A stretch of DNA of 64,000 nucleotides from an uncultured Bacteroides sp. (GCA_964644355.1 CAZXUW010000001.1:106060-170059); one strand, 5' to 3'; shown: positions 18,626-29,145, counted from the stretch's first letter. The notes: generated by a model not told the origin, from the letters alone. Program-made: numbers and translations.

Positions 18626-19666
18626 ATGACTCACAACATTAGTATCTACGACATAGCACAGATGGCGGGTGTTTCTCCGTCTACGGTTTCAAACGTTATC
18701 AATGGCAGAACTGAAAAGATGTCTGAAAAGACAAGACAAAAGGTGCAAGACTGCCTTGAAAAATCGGGTTATCGTGCAAATTTGGTTGCTCGAAATCTCG
18801 TGACGGGAAGATCTATGCTTATTGGCGTATGTTTGCCGATTTTGGAGCTTGGAGCAACGCAGTCCGACCTTCTTGAAAACAACCCTTTCTACCACGAGTT
18901 TATCGACGGTGTGCAGAGAGTTCTTATTGAAAACGGCTATGAATGTCTCATAAGAGGGCTTGACAGCAACTTCAAATACCTCGAATGGATACAAAACAGG
19001 AGTCTTGACGGTCTTATCGACCTTGGACATTTGTCCGACAATGTCTATGAGCACTTGAGCAAATTGAATATTCCGCTTGTGCTTGTTGACAACTACAATG
19101 AAAACAATCAAAAAGACGATATTGACGTCTTGATAAGTGATGACTGCTATGGTGCGTATATCGCAACACGTCACCTGATTGAGCTTGGACATACAAAAAT
19201 CGCTTTTGTGCGTACAAGTTCAAGCGAAGTGGGCGTTGATGCAGAGCGTTACAGGGGATACCAAAAGGCACTTGCCGAGTATGGTATAAGCGAAGAATAT
19301 ACATATCGCACCGTTCTCAACTACCCAAAGGGCGTAAAATTCGGGCATAGAATCATAGATGAAAATTTGCCCGTAACGGCTGTGTTCTGCACGGCTGACA
19401 TCACTGCAATCGGCATTGCACACGGCATTGCCGAGCGTGGCAAAAAGGTCCCACAAGACTATTCTGTGGTTGGGTTTGACGATATAAACATGTTGAGTTA
19501 TATCACTCCCAGACTCACCACTGTAAGACAAAACATATTTGAAAAGGGTTGCCTTTGTGCACAGATTTTGTTGGATAAGATAAACAATCCCGATTTGCAT
19601 ACCTGCAAAAAAACTGTGTTGGAACCCGAATTGATTATCAGAGAATCAACAAGGAGCATAAAGTAG
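18626..19666 (+). CDS. LacI family transcriptional regulator
   Basis: The HTH is IYDIAQMAGVSPSTVSNVINGR, followed by a periplasmic-binding-fold body. The start is uncertain (GTG 18608 or ATG 18626). A 12-bp hairpin at 18590-18616 overlaps the GTG. Confidence 0.88.
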   Translation: MTHNISIYDIAQMAGVSPSTVSNVINGRTEKMSEKTRQKVQDCLEKSGYRANLVARNLVTGRSMLIGVCLPILELGATQSDLLENNPFYHEFIDGVQRVLIENGYECLIRGLDSNFKYLEWIQNRSLDGLIDLGHLSDNVYEHLSKLNIPLVLVDNYNENNQKDDIDVLISDDCYGAYIATRHLIELGHTKIAFVRTSSSEVGVDAERYRGYQKALAEYGISEEYTYRTVLNYPKGVKFGHRIIDENLPVTAVFCTADITAIGIAHGIAERGKKVPQDYSVVGFDDINMLSYITPRLTTVRQNIFEKGCLCAQILLDKINNPDLHTCKKTVLEPELIIRESTRSIK

Positions 19667-19667
19667 C

Positions 19668-21452
19668 ATGAGCGAACTGAAAGATTCAGAAGTTCGGCAC
19701 GATGAGGTATCTGTCGGCAATGAGGACGTGACACAATGTGTGTCGGATTTGCCACTTACCGATGCCACTTTGTTGGATGCGGAGGAGCAAACGCACAGCG
19801 TTGTGATCCACTATCATAAACATCCAACTTGGAAAGATACCGTGCAAGTGCGTGTTTCATCTCAAAACACCGCACTAAATCAAGCTCTCGGCGATGGAAT
19901 TTTCACAGCCGAGGACGAGGGAGAGGACTGGTACGTTGTCAAAATCGACTTGCCACAAGCTCTCTCAAAAGATTGCTCTCTCAAAGTTGTCGTTTGCGAT
20001 TACGACGAGCAGAATGACGTTGTTAAAAACCATTTTGCAAAAACTCTCACGTGTGCAAAGGAACTTTGGATTGCAAAAAACGGCAGAATCAAAAAGAGTA
20101 TGGTTGCCGTTGAAAAATATGAAGATTATCTCTTTGATTGGAAGAGTCGCACCCCTTGGACAAGAGCATCGCTGTTTGTTATGGGCATATCCCACCTCAA
20201 ACATAAACGCATAGTTGAAGGCTTGTTGTTCTTGCTTGTTGAGATTGCTTTTATAGCGTATATTGCTTTGAGCGGTGTCAACAACCTCATTGGGCTTGTC
20301 ACGCTCGGCACCGTGGAGCAAGAGATCGGCGTCGATGCAGACGGTTGGGCTTATCGTATAGAGGGTGACAACTCCATGCGTTTGCTTTTGAGCGGTGTCA
20401 TTACGCTGGTTATCTGTGCTTTGTTTGTGGTGTTTTATATTTATTCAATCAGGTCGAGTATGCGACTTGAAAATGACGTGAAAAACAACCGCAACTACAG
20501 CTTCAAGGCAACAATCAAGAGTTATGGTGACAAAAACCTTTACAAAGTTATGTTGATCGTGCCTCTTTTGGGCATGTTGGTGTTCACAATCATTCCGCTT
20601 GTCTACATGATTTTGATTGCTTTCACCAATTACGATCAAATGCACCAACCCCCGGGACAACTTTTCGATTGGGTTGGATTTGACAATTTCTTGTATTTGC
20701 TTGGGCAGGATGCCAATTTCAGTTCCACTTTCTGGAGATTGTTCGGTTGGACAATGATTTGGGCGTTTTTCTCCACGTTTACCTGCTTCTTTGGAGGTAT
20801 GGGGCTTGCTATGCTCATAAACAACAACAAGGTGAAGGGCAAGGGCATTTTCCGCACGATTTTTGTGCTTACCATTGCAATTCCGTCCTTTATATCCTTG
20901 CTCAGCATAGGTTCGATGCTCCAACGGGACGGCGTTGTGAATATGCTTTTGCAAAAATACGGATTCACGTCGGAACCTCTGCCTTTCTTTACGGATACGG
21001 CGTGGGCAAGAGTCACCGTTATTATCGTCAACATGTGGATAGGTGTGCCTATTTCAATGTTGATCACAACGGGTATTTTGCTCAATATTCCGCAAGACCT
21101 TTTTGAAAGTGCAAAGATTGACGGTGCAAACAAGTGGGTGATTTTCAGAAAAATCATTATGCCTTACGTCATGTTTGTATGCACGCCATATCTTATCAAT
21201 GCGTTCATAAGCAACGTAAACAACTTCAACGTCATCTACTTCCTCACGGGAGGCGGACCGATGTCGCTTGACAACTTCAAGGGTGCAGGTGGCACGGACT
21301 TGCTTGTCACTTGGCTGTACAAGTTGACTGTTGACAACCGAGATTATTCCTATGCGTCGGCAATCGGCATCATAGTGTTCTTGATCTCTGCATCGTTGTC
21401 ACTGATTGTGTATAGGAGGTCGTCATCGTTCAAAAATGAAGGTAGTTTCTGA
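19668..21452 (+). CDS. MalF-like ABC sugar permease with a ~160-aa N-terminal CBM-like domain
   Basis: The C-terminal part is a typical MalF/MdxF-type permease, with an EAA-like region DLFESAKIDGANKWVIFRKIIMP. The N-terminal part VVIHYHKHPTWKD...DWYVVKIDL...ELWIAKNGRIKKSMVAVEKYE aligns with the duplicated module of the 16151-18463 lipoprotein. Confidence 0.85.
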   Translation: MSELKDSEVRHDEVSVGNEDVTQCVSDLPLTDATLLDAEEQTHSVVIHYHKHPTWKDTVQVRVSSQNTALNQALGDGIFTAEDEGEDWYVVKIDLPQALSKDCSLKVVVCDYDEQNDVVKNHFAKTLTCAKELWIAKNGRIKKSMVAVEKYEDYLFDWKSRTPWTRASLFVMGISHLKHKRIVEGLLFLLVEIAFIAYIALSGVNNLIGLVTLGTVEQEIGVDADGWAYRIEGDNSMRLLLSGVITLVICALFVVFYIYSIRSSMRLENDVKNNRNYSFKATIKSYGDKNLYKVMLIVPLLGMLVFTIIPLVYMILIAFTNYDQMHQPPGQLFDWVGFDNFLYLLGQDANFSSTFWRLFGWTMIWAFFSTFTCFFGGMGLAMLINNNKVKGKGIFRTIFVLTIAIPSFISLLSIGSMLQRDGVVNMLLQKYGFTSEPLPFFTDTAWARVTVIIVNMWIGVPISMLITTGILLNIPQDLFESAKIDGANKWVIFRKIIMPYVMFVCTPYLINAFISNVNNFNVIYFLTGGGPMSLDNFKGAGGTDLLVTWLYKLTVDNRDYSYASAIGIIVFLISASLSLIVYRRSSSFKNEGSF

Positions 21453-22797
21453 TAAATTTACAAATAAAATAGAACAGACGAGATACAAAATCGACTTGGC
21501 ACTTGGCAAATTTGTCAACAGCAAGGGCTTTCAAATGTTCTCAAAATACGTGGTGTGGGGCATTGCCGGGCTTATGCTTATTCTTGCAATATCCCTGCCG
21601 TATATCACGCTCAACAGCGGACAGTCCTATACGTTGTTTGAGTTGCCCGCACTTGCAAGTCAACACGGCAACGCACAGCTTGCATACATAGCCTCAATCA
21701 ACGTGATTGCAGTGGCGGTTGTCCTTGCAGGGTTTGCATTCTACATCGTTGAAGAAGTCGTTCACAAAAACCAAAAACACAACTATCTTGTCAGCAAAAT
21801 ATTTGGAATCGTGATTTTTGCACTGTGTTTTGCACATATAATAACGGTGTTCTTCTTCAAATCAGGCATCGAGGGTGCAGGACTTGATAGCGGTTTTATG
21901 ATGAACCAAGTGGGATTTTCCTTTGTTGCACTGTTTCTGTGTTTGGTTATCCTTGCATTCAAGTTTTTCAGTCGTGGCAAACTTGCTGTCAACTACATTT
22001 TGCTCATCACGTTGTGCATAATTTGGTTGCTTCCGCTTTTGTTTATCATATTCACGTCGTTTAGAGCGGAGCGTGGCTTCTATACGGACAGCTTTGTTCC
22101 TGACAAATGGTCGTTTGATGCATACGAGAGATTGTTCACTGATACATCCATATTTATGTTTGGCAGATGGTTCCTCAATACACTCATCGTTGCGGTATGC
22201 ACTTGCGTGCTGTCAACAATCATCATCGTGTCAATCTCCTACGTGTTGTCTCGCTTTGACTTCAAGAGCAAAAAATTCCTCACGTCAATGATGCTTATCA
22301 TTGGTATGTTCCCGGGATTTATGTCGATGATCGCAATATATTACATCATCAAGAGCCTTAACTTGAGCGAGTCGTTATTTGCACTCATTTTGTGCTATTC
22401 GGGCGGTTCGGCATCCGGCTACTACGTTGTGAAAGGCTTTATCGACACCATCCCCAGAGATATTGACGAGGCGGCGATGATTGACGGTGCAAGCAAGGCA
22501 CAAATATTCTTCAAGATGATATTGCCACTTGCAAAACCCATCGTTATTTACACGATTTTGACGTCCTTTATGTCACCGTGGGGAGATTATATTTTCGCAA
22601 GCGTCATTATGGGTGATGCCTATGAGTCCTACACAGTTGCTCTTGGTCTTTATATGATGCTTCAAAACAGCTATATCAACAGTTGGTACACAAGCTTTGC
22701 CGCAGGTGCAGTGCTTGTTGCCGTACCTATTTCAATCCTTTTCATTGCCCTCAACAAGTACTATGTAGAGGGACTCAGTGGATCGGTAAAGGGGTAA
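21436..22797 (+). CDS. MalG-like ABC sugar permease with a ~180-aa N-terminal multi-TM extension
   Basis: The core has the EAA loop DIDEAAMIDGASKAQIFFKMILPLAKP. About 4 extra hydrophobic segments precede the canonical first TM (NYILLITLCIIWLLPLLFIIF). The start is uncertain (21406 or 21436). Confidence 0.8.
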   Translation: MKVVSDKFTNKIEQTRYKIDLALGKFVNSKGFQMFSKYVVWGIAGLMLILAISLPYITLNSGQSYTLFELPALASQHGNAQLAYIASINVIAVAVVLAGFAFYIVEEVVHKNQKHNYLVSKIFGIVIFALCFAHIITVFFFKSGIEGAGLDSGFMMNQVGFSFVALFLCLVILAFKFFSRGKLAVNYILLITLCIIWLLPLLFIIFTSFRAERGFYTDSFVPDKWSFDAYERLFTDTSIFMFGRWFLNTLIVAVCTCVLSTIIIVSISYVLSRFDFKSKKFLTSMMLIIGMFPGFMSMIAIYYIIKSLNLSESLFALILCYSGGSASGYYVVKGFIDTIPRDIDEAAMIDGASKAQIFFKMILPLAKPIVIYTILTSFMSPWGDYIFASVIMGDAYESYTVALGLYMMLQNSYINSWYTSFAAGAVLVAVPISILFIALNKYYVEGLSGSVKG

Positions 22798-22800
22798 ATT

Positions 22801-25800
22801 ATGAAAAATCTTACGTTTAGAAATATTGCCATATTTATGCTTGTCGCATTTATGATGGCACTGCTTTTCGGCTCGATATCAATGGTCGCATACGCAGATG
22901 ATAGCGAGTTGGACGACGCACAACCGATTGTGAGGTATATCAAAAACTCATATACATCGGGTGCGTACATGTTTGAGGAAAACGGCATCCTTAGATACGG
23001 TATTCCTATCAGCGAGAATGAGAAGGAGTATCAATGGGAGTTTATCGAGCACGACAACGGCTATCAAATCAAAAACGTTGCCAGTGGCAACACCATCACC
23101 GTGAGCGGCGGTATCGGTGCAAAAACCTATGTCAAAAAGGTTGATAACGTCACTCTCAACGACCTTTGGAAGCTGGATGCAACTCTGCCTAGTGACGAAT
23201 TCCAAAACTTCGCTTCCGCAAGTAGCGAGTACAAGGGCGTTGCTTTGCACATCATCGAACTCACCGACGGCTATGTCGCAAGCGAAGAAATCGGCGCTAT
23301 GTTGTCCTATGGCGAGGCAAGATGGGGATTGTTTGATGAGAGCGAGATGAATTTTGCAGGCGTTATCCGTGACGGTTTTTGTATCGGTTTGGGTACAAAA
23401 TACCTCCATGTTGATGGCTCGAATATCGTTGTAGGCACGCCAACTTCTCCCGACGACAATTATATTTGGAATTTTGAAATGTCCGATGGCGGTAAGCTTA
23501 TTTACAACCTCGGTCAAAAGAAATATTTGAAGGCAGAGGGTAGTTCTCTCAGCCTTGTGGACAAGACAAACGCAACAGAGTTTACCTTCTATGCAAGCAA
23601 TGGTGCAACCATCACAACAAGCGAGAGCGCTCTTGCTTTGAGATCGGGTGTTTTGAGTGTTGTGAGCAAGGCAAGCGGAGATACGATGAGCATCGTGTTG
23701 GCATCCACTGTGAGCGGTGTGCTCGGTGACCTCAAAATGGAGGGCATATACACCTTGTCCAACTCTTGGTTCAGCATGTATATGTTGGATGACAACGGCA
23801 TCCCCACATATGGCAACAGCAATCCAAACAATTCACAAATCCATTGGGAAGTGATTTACGACGAGGCAACAGGCTTTTCCGCTCTCAAGAACATCGGCAG
23901 AAACGAGTATATGTACTTGGGCGAAAACGGCTTGAGCTTCTCAAAAGACGTGGTTTATTTCTGGAAGGTTCTTCGCAGTTCCAACGACTTGTATCCAAAT
24001 GCAATCCGCTTCCAAAGCAAAGCCAACACGGCGGTATTTTTGCACATGGAAAACACCAACGGACAGCTTGAGTGCTCCTCAACCGTTCAACCAACTTGGG
24101 GTTCTCCGCACTGGGAGCCGACAAAGTTCGACGCAAGTGCAACAGAGAGCATGCAAAGCGCAACTGTTGAGGCAGACAAGTGGCTCCGCATAAAGAGCTC
24201 TTATTCACAGAATCTGTATTTTTATCAAACCAACGGCGGTTTTGCATATGGTTCGGTGTCCGAAAACGATGCTCGTAGCCATTGGAAGTTTGTGCAAGAC
24301 GGCGATGCATACGTGCTTATGAACCGCAGTTTCAACACATACGTGGGAGTGCTCGACAACGGCTTCCTCACAAAGACGGAAGATATGAGCGAGGCTGTCC
24401 GCTTCAAATTGAGCAAGTACGCAGAGGACGGCGCCTATCTTATCTTGAAGCCGAATGAGAAGGAATATCTCTCTCATTATCTCAACATCAAAAACAGAGA
24501 TTCTCTCATCTATCTCTCGCTTGTGTCCGTTGACATCCCCGAAACGAGATGGGTGTTTGAGGATGCTCCCGAAGAAATAGCAACCAACGAGATCGTTGTG
24601 AACAACACCAAACTTTCCTCGTTCAAAGAGGCGGGCAAGTACGTCTTTGACGGAAAGACTGTTGAAGTTGAGCATTATGCAAACTACGTTCGTGTCATTG
24701 CATCGGACGGAAAATACCTCTACATCAACGACAAGGGCAATGCATCTTGGGGCAAGTTTACACACGATTATGACACAAAATACTACTTTAACTATACAAT
24801 ATTGGGTGATAATCTCAAGATTGAGCACAATGATGCGTCATTGATGCTTAAACAAGTTGCAACCGATCGCAAGTTCGATTTGAAGGGCGGTTACATCATC
24901 GGCAAGCAATCCACAATATCCGTGTATGCATCGGAGGCAAAAGAATATACTGTGGAATTGCACTCAGTGCAAGATGGTATCAGCACAACGTTCTCAATTG
25001 ACGGTGTCGTTGCAACCACGATTAGATCAGGTGAAGTGAGCGAGATCAAGCTTGCTTTGCATAGAGGCAACAACTTGATTAAAGTCAGCCGTATAGATGC
25101 TGTTGATGAAATCGTGATAAAAGACATCATTTCAAATGGCTATCAAGGCGCATCGCTAGGTCTTTCCTCATACGAGTTTGAGGATGGCAAAACCAATGCG
25201 AATATCGAGGTTGACAACCGTGACCGTTTCAGTATGCCAAACGAGGCTTCCGGACGTAGCTACGTCAATCTTGAAAACGTCACAGAGTATGCCGAGGTGA
25301 CCTTGCTCAATGATATGAATGCACTCACCTTGCGTTATTCCGTACCCGACACGCTTGACGGAAAGGGCACACACTATTCATTGTCAATGTACGTCAACGG
25401 CAAGGAAGTCACCAACCTTGACTTGTCAAGCGAAAAGGCGCACCTGTACAAGGAATGGAATTACACCAACAATCCCGAGGACGGATATCATCACGTTTAT
25501 TTTGACGAGGTGACGTACGTATTTGACGAGATACAACCGGCAGGAACAGTCATTCGCTTCCGCAGAGATTTTGACGACGAGGCGGATTATTACGCACTCG
25601 ACACGCTTGAAACAGAGTTGATTGCTCAAAAGATCGAACAACCGGCAAATTCCTTGTCCATTGAGGATTTCGGTGCAATTGCCAATGACGGCAAAGACGA
25701 CACGTCCGCATTCTTGTCCTGCCTTGCAAAGGCAACAACCGAGCGTAAAGAGGTGTTCATCCCGCAAGGTACTTTTGAGATCCACAAGAGTTTCGAGCTT

Positions 25801-26874
25801 GTTGCCAACAACACGGTTATCCGTGGTGCAGGCTATTGGTATACGACAATCAACGGCATTCAATTCACAATCAAAGGCAACAACATAAGCCTCTATTCTA
25901 TGCGTGTTATGGGTGATCACAACACTCGCCGCGACGAGGCTGACAGAGCGTTTGTGGAGATTGCAAGCGGTAGCTCACCATCAAACTTCACACTTGCAAA
26001 TATGTGGATCGATCACTACAAAGTCGGTGCTTGGCTTGACGTTGTGGATCAAGTGTTTATCAGTGGCAACCGTATTCGCTACACGTATGCAGACGGTATC
26101 AACCTGCACGCAGGCGTCACGGATGCAGTGGTTGAAAACAACTCTATCCGCTCAACAGGTGACGACGGACTTGCAGGATGGAGTGAAGGCATTGAAAACA
26201 CCAATCTCCATTTGCGTTACAATTCAATAGAAAATCCTTGGCACGCAAACTGCATCGCACTTTACGGTGGCACGGATTTGCACGTATACAACAATATATG
26301 CACGGACACGGCATATGCAGGTGCGGGCATCAACATCTCATCCAACTTTAAGCCAACCAACTTCAAGGGCGTGTTGAACGTGTACAACAACTTGATCATC
26401 CGTTGCGGTGGCGACAATGAGGACGTCAAGAGGGACGTTGGCGGAATATGGTTCAACATGGTTGTCGGATACGATGCTTTTGCAAGCATGAAGGTGCACA
26501 ACAACGTCATTCTCGACAGCACGCACCAAGGCATTTCCTTCAACGGAACGGCAATCATTTGCTCCTTGATTCTTGAGGAGAACGTCATCAGTGGCAGTGG
26601 TTCTTACGGCATCGATTTGTCATCCGAATTGTACGGCAAAGTTTTCTTGAAGAACAACTCTGTCAGCGGTTCGGTGCTTGAAGATATACTTGAAGGATAC
26701 GACAAAAAGAATGCGGAAGTTATCATATCAAACGACGTCATCGAGATAGCAACCGACAACACGGTGTTTGTATCATTGTGGAGCGTCAGCGGTGTGCTTA
26801 TCGGCGTGGCTGTCGCACTTGCGGTGGTATTGACACTTATTCTTGTGAAAAAGCACAGGAGGGAAGACAAATGA
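22801..26874 (+). CDS. Large membrane-anchored extracellular protein: signal peptide, repeated ricin-B/beta-trefoil-like modules, a galactose-binding-like/CBM domain, a right-handed beta-helix glycosidase-like domain and a C-terminal TM anchor
   Basis: The signal peptide is MKNLTFRNIAIFMLVAFMMALLFGSISMVAYA. Motifs such as Y.W.F......Y.I.N recur (YQWEFIEHDNGYQIKN, YIWNFEMSDGGKLIYN, IHWEVIYDEATGFSALKN, SHWKFVQDGDAYVLMN). The pectate-lyase-3-like start is IEDFGAIANDGKDDTSAFLSCL. Beta-helix repeats include YADGINLHAGV...NNSIRSTGDDGLAGW. The C-terminal TM is VLIGVAVALAVVLTLILVKKHRR. Confidence 0.7.
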   Translation: MKNLTFRNIAIFMLVAFMMALLFGSISMVAYADDSELDDAQPIVRYIKNSYTSGAYMFEENGILRYGIPISENEKEYQWEFIEHDNGYQIKNVASGNTITVSGGIGAKTYVKKVDNVTLNDLWKLDATLPSDEFQNFASASSEYKGVALHIIELTDGYVASEEIGAMLSYGEARWGLFDESEMNFAGVIRDGFCIGLGTKYLHVDGSNIVVGTPTSPDDNYIWNFEMSDGGKLIYNLGQKKYLKAEGSSLSLVDKTNATEFTFYASNGATITTSESALALRSGVLSVVSKASGDTMSIVLASTVSGVLGDLKMEGIYTLSNSWFSMYMLDDNGIPTYGNSNPNNSQIHWEVIYDEATGFSALKNIGRNEYMYLGENGLSFSKDVVYFWKVLRSSNDLYPNAIRFQSKANTAVFLHMENTNGQLECSSTVQPTWGSPHWEPTKFDASATESMQSATVEADKWLRIKSSYSQNLYFYQTNGGFAYGSVSENDARSHWKFVQDGDAYVLMNRSFNTYVGVLDNGFLTKTEDMSEAVRFKLSKYAEDGAYLILKPNEKEYLSHYLNIKNRDSLIYLSLVSVDIPETRWVFEDAPEEIATNEIVVNNTKLSSFKEAGKYVFDGKTVEVEHYANYVRVIASDGKYLYINDKGNASWGKFTHDYDTKYYFNYTILGDNLKIEHNDASLMLKQVATDRKFDLKGGYIIGKQSTISVYASEAKEYTVELHSVQDGISTTFSIDGVVATTIRSGEVSEIKLALHRGNNLIKVSRIDAVDEIVIKDIISNGYQGASLGLSSYEFEDGKTNANIEVDNRDRFSMPNEASGRSYVNLENVTEYAEVTLLNDMNALTLRYSVPDTLDGKGTHYSLSMYVNGKEVTNLDLSSEKAHLYKEWNYTNNPEDGYHHVYFDEVTYVFDEIQPAGTVIRFRRDFDDEADYYALDTLETELIAQKIEQPANSLSIEDFGAIANDGKDDTSAFLSCLAKATTERKEVFIPQGTFEIHKSFELVANNTVIRGAGYWYTTINGIQFTIKGNNISLYSMRVMGDHNTRRDEADRAFVEIASGSSPSNFTLANMWIDHYKVGAWLDVVDQVFISGNRIRYTYADGINLHAGVTDAVVENNSIRSTGDDGLAGWSEGIENTNLHLRYNSIENPWHANCIALYGGTDLHVYNNICTDTAYAGAGINISSNFKPTNFKGVLNVYNNLIIRCGGDNEDVKRDVGGIWFNMVVGYDAFASMKVHNNVILDSTHQGISFNGTAIICSLILEENVISGSGSYGIDLSSELYGKVFLKNNSVSGSVLEDILEGYDKKNAEVIISNDVIEIATDNTVFVSLWSVSGVLIGVAVALAVVLTLILVKKHRREDK

Positions 26875-27842
26875 AAAAGATAATCGTCAGTAGTTTAACT
26901 TTTGTATTGGCACTATGCTTTGTGCTTGCAGGCTTGCTTGTCGTCATCCCGACGGGCAGTGCAGAGGCTGTGGATGAAAACGTGACTGTGTATTTTTACA
27001 ACAGCAAGAGTTGGGAAAAGGTCTATGCACACTGTTACGTTTTGAACTCGGTTGATTATACGGCTTGGCCGGGCGATGAGATCTCACCTGTAGCTTCATT
27101 GGGAGAGGGATGGTATTCTTATACACTTCCCGATGATCTTACCGTTGCGGAGTTGAGAGTTCAGTTCAACAATGGCACGGATGATGCAAACAACAAGATC
27201 GATGTTAGAATTTTGAACGATCAAGATATTTATTTCAATGCCTTTAGAGGTGTTGGCTTCAAGAGCGCAACTGAAGCTCTTGCCAACAACTCCGAGCAAG
27301 TTATAGAGTCAACCGGCACAACAAAGATCTATTATTACAATTCACGTCGTTGGAAAACCGTGTACGCATACGCCTACGGCACCGACAAGGCTGAAACCGA
27401 ATATACTCGCAAATGGCCGGGGAATATTGCCACCAAGGATGAAACTCGTGAGAATTGGTATTATATTGAAATCAAACAAGATTGCGAGAAAGTGAATTTC
27501 AAGGTCATCTTCAACAACGGCGGTAGCAGTGGCACCAATCAAAGCATTGACACTCTTATCAGCAATCCTACAAACACATATATAAACTTTGATGGCAGTG
27601 TTTTTTCCAAATATGAAAGCTGTGAGGAAGTCACCGAGCTTATAGAAGTTGTTGAGGAAGTCGTTCTCAATCCCGAGGATTTCTATCTCGATACGGGCAC
27701 TCTTGACAGTGCTCCCGACACGATAACGGCAATCAATCAACCGGAAGTGGTTGCTCCTATAGCCGTCAGCTCTACCTTTGCAGGCGTGGGCATTGCACTC
27801 GGCATAAGCATTGTGCTTGTGACAAGGAGAAAGAAAAGATGA
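26871..27842 (+). CDS. Secreted protein with two starch-binding-like CBM modules and a C-terminal TM anchor
   Basis: The start overlaps the upstream stop (ATGA). It has a signal peptide (MKKIIVSSLTFVLALCFVLAGLLVVIPTGSAEA). The two modules are VTVYFYNSKSWEKVYAHCY...WPGDE...GWYSY and KIYYYNSRRWKTVYAYAYG...WPGN...NWYYIE...VIFNNG. The protein ends in a TM segment plus RRKKR. Confidence 0.75.
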   Translation: MKKIIVSSLTFVLALCFVLAGLLVVIPTGSAEAVDENVTVYFYNSKSWEKVYAHCYVLNSVDYTAWPGDEISPVASLGEGWYSYTLPDDLTVAELRVQFNNGTDDANNKIDVRILNDQDIYFNAFRGVGFKSATEALANNSEQVIESTGTTKIYYYNSRRWKTVYAYAYGTDKAETEYTRKWPGNIATKDETRENWYYIEIKQDCEKVNFKVIFNNGGSSGTNQSIDTLISNPTNTYINFDGSVFSKYESCEEVTELIEVVEEVVLNPEDFYLDTGTLDSAPDTITAINQPEVVAPIAVSSTFAGVGIALGISIVLVTRRKKR

Positions 27843-29131
27843 TGTATAACAAGCAAAAACTCAACAATCAAACTATATATCAGATTTTCGTAAGGCAATT
27901 TTCACCAACGCACGATTTCAAGGGCGTCACCGCTCAACTTGACAGAATCAAGGCGTTGGGTGCGGATATCATCTATCTTATGCCGTTTTACCCCACGGGT
28001 AGACTCAATCGAAAGGGGAGTGTAGGCAGTCCGTATTCTATTTACGACTATACTCAAATCGATCCGCTCAACGGCACGATGGATGACTTCAAAGATTTGC
28101 TCGAAGGTGCCCACTCAAGAGGAATGAAGGTCATCATCGACATGGTGCTCAATCACACCTCAAGAGATTCTGTGTTGCTTCAAGAGCACGAGGAGTGGTT
28201 CTATCACGAAAATGGCAAAATAGCAAATAAGGTGGGAGATTGGAGTGACGTTTGCGATCTCGAATATAGCAATCAAGCACTGTGTGATGCCATTTCCGAT
28301 ATGTTGTGCGATTGGATAAGGTTGGGTGTTGACGGCTTCCGTATGGACGTATGCTCCCTCGTTCCCGCTCATTTTTGGGCAGAAGCGGTTGAAAAGATCC
28401 ATGCAATCAATCCCGATGCCATTATGTTCGGCGAATCTGTTGAAATCAACTTCATTCGTGAATTGCGTAGGCTTGGTTGCTCCGCTTTGAGTGACGGTGA
28501 ATCTTTCAACTATTTTGACGCACTGTACAGCTATGATATTTTCGACACTCAGAGCGCTTATTGCGAAAAACAAGGCGGTACGCTAGGTGCTTGGATGAAG
28601 GATGTTATCAATCAAGACGGACGCTATCCGGCGGATTACGTCAAGGCAAGATGCTTGGACAATCACGACCGTGAGCGTATTGCAAAGTATTGGCAAGGTG
28701 ACAAGCTCAAAACCATATGGGCGCTCAACTTCTATCTCAAAGGAATCGCGTTTGTTTACGCAGGTGACGAAACCTCTTTTGAAAGACGCAACGACCTCTT
28801 TGAGATCGATGAAATAGAGTGGGCGTTTGATGACAATGATAAAAATTTGACAGATTACATAGCAAATCTTGCAAATATCAAAAAGCATGCTATTTACTCA
28901 AATAGCTACTTTAACATTCAAATGTGCGGTGATGAAGTGGCTCTTTGTAGTTTTGAGAGCAAAGACGAATTGTCACTGGGCATATTCAATATGTCGGATG
29001 ACAAGCAGGCTGTGAATGTCCCGATAGCTGACGGAAGCTACACAAATCTCATCACAAACAACGTCGTTTGCGTGAGTGGCGGACAACTTGAAATCGGCAG
29101 AGAAGCAATCGTAATCGAACTCAAAAAATAA
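27839..29131 (+). CDS. Cytoplasmic GH13 alpha-amylase-family glycoside hydrolase
   Basis: There is no signal peptide. The GH13 conserved regions are DMVLNHTS, GVDGFRMDV, MFGESVE and CLDNHD. Confidence 0.88.
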   Translation: MMYNKQKLNNQTIYQIFVRQFSPTHDFKGVTAQLDRIKALGADIIYLMPFYPTGRLNRKGSVGSPYSIYDYTQIDPLNGTMDDFKDLLEGAHSRGMKVIIDMVLNHTSRDSVLLQEHEEWFYHENGKIANKVGDWSDVCDLEYSNQALCDAISDMLCDWIRLGVDGFRMDVCSLVPAHFWAEAVEKIHAINPDAIMFGESVEINFIRELRRLGCSALSDGESFNYFDALYSYDIFDTQSAYCEKQGGTLGAWMKDVINQDGRYPADYVKARCLDNHDRERIAKYWQGDKLKTIWALNFYLKGIAFVYAGDETSFERRNDLFEIDEIEWAFDDNDKNLTDYIANLANIKKHAIYSNSYFNIQMCGDEVALCSFESKDELSLGIFNMSDDKQAVNVPIADGSYTNLITNNVVCVSGGQLEIGREAIVIELKK

Positions 29132-29145
29132 TAGAGGATAGGCAA

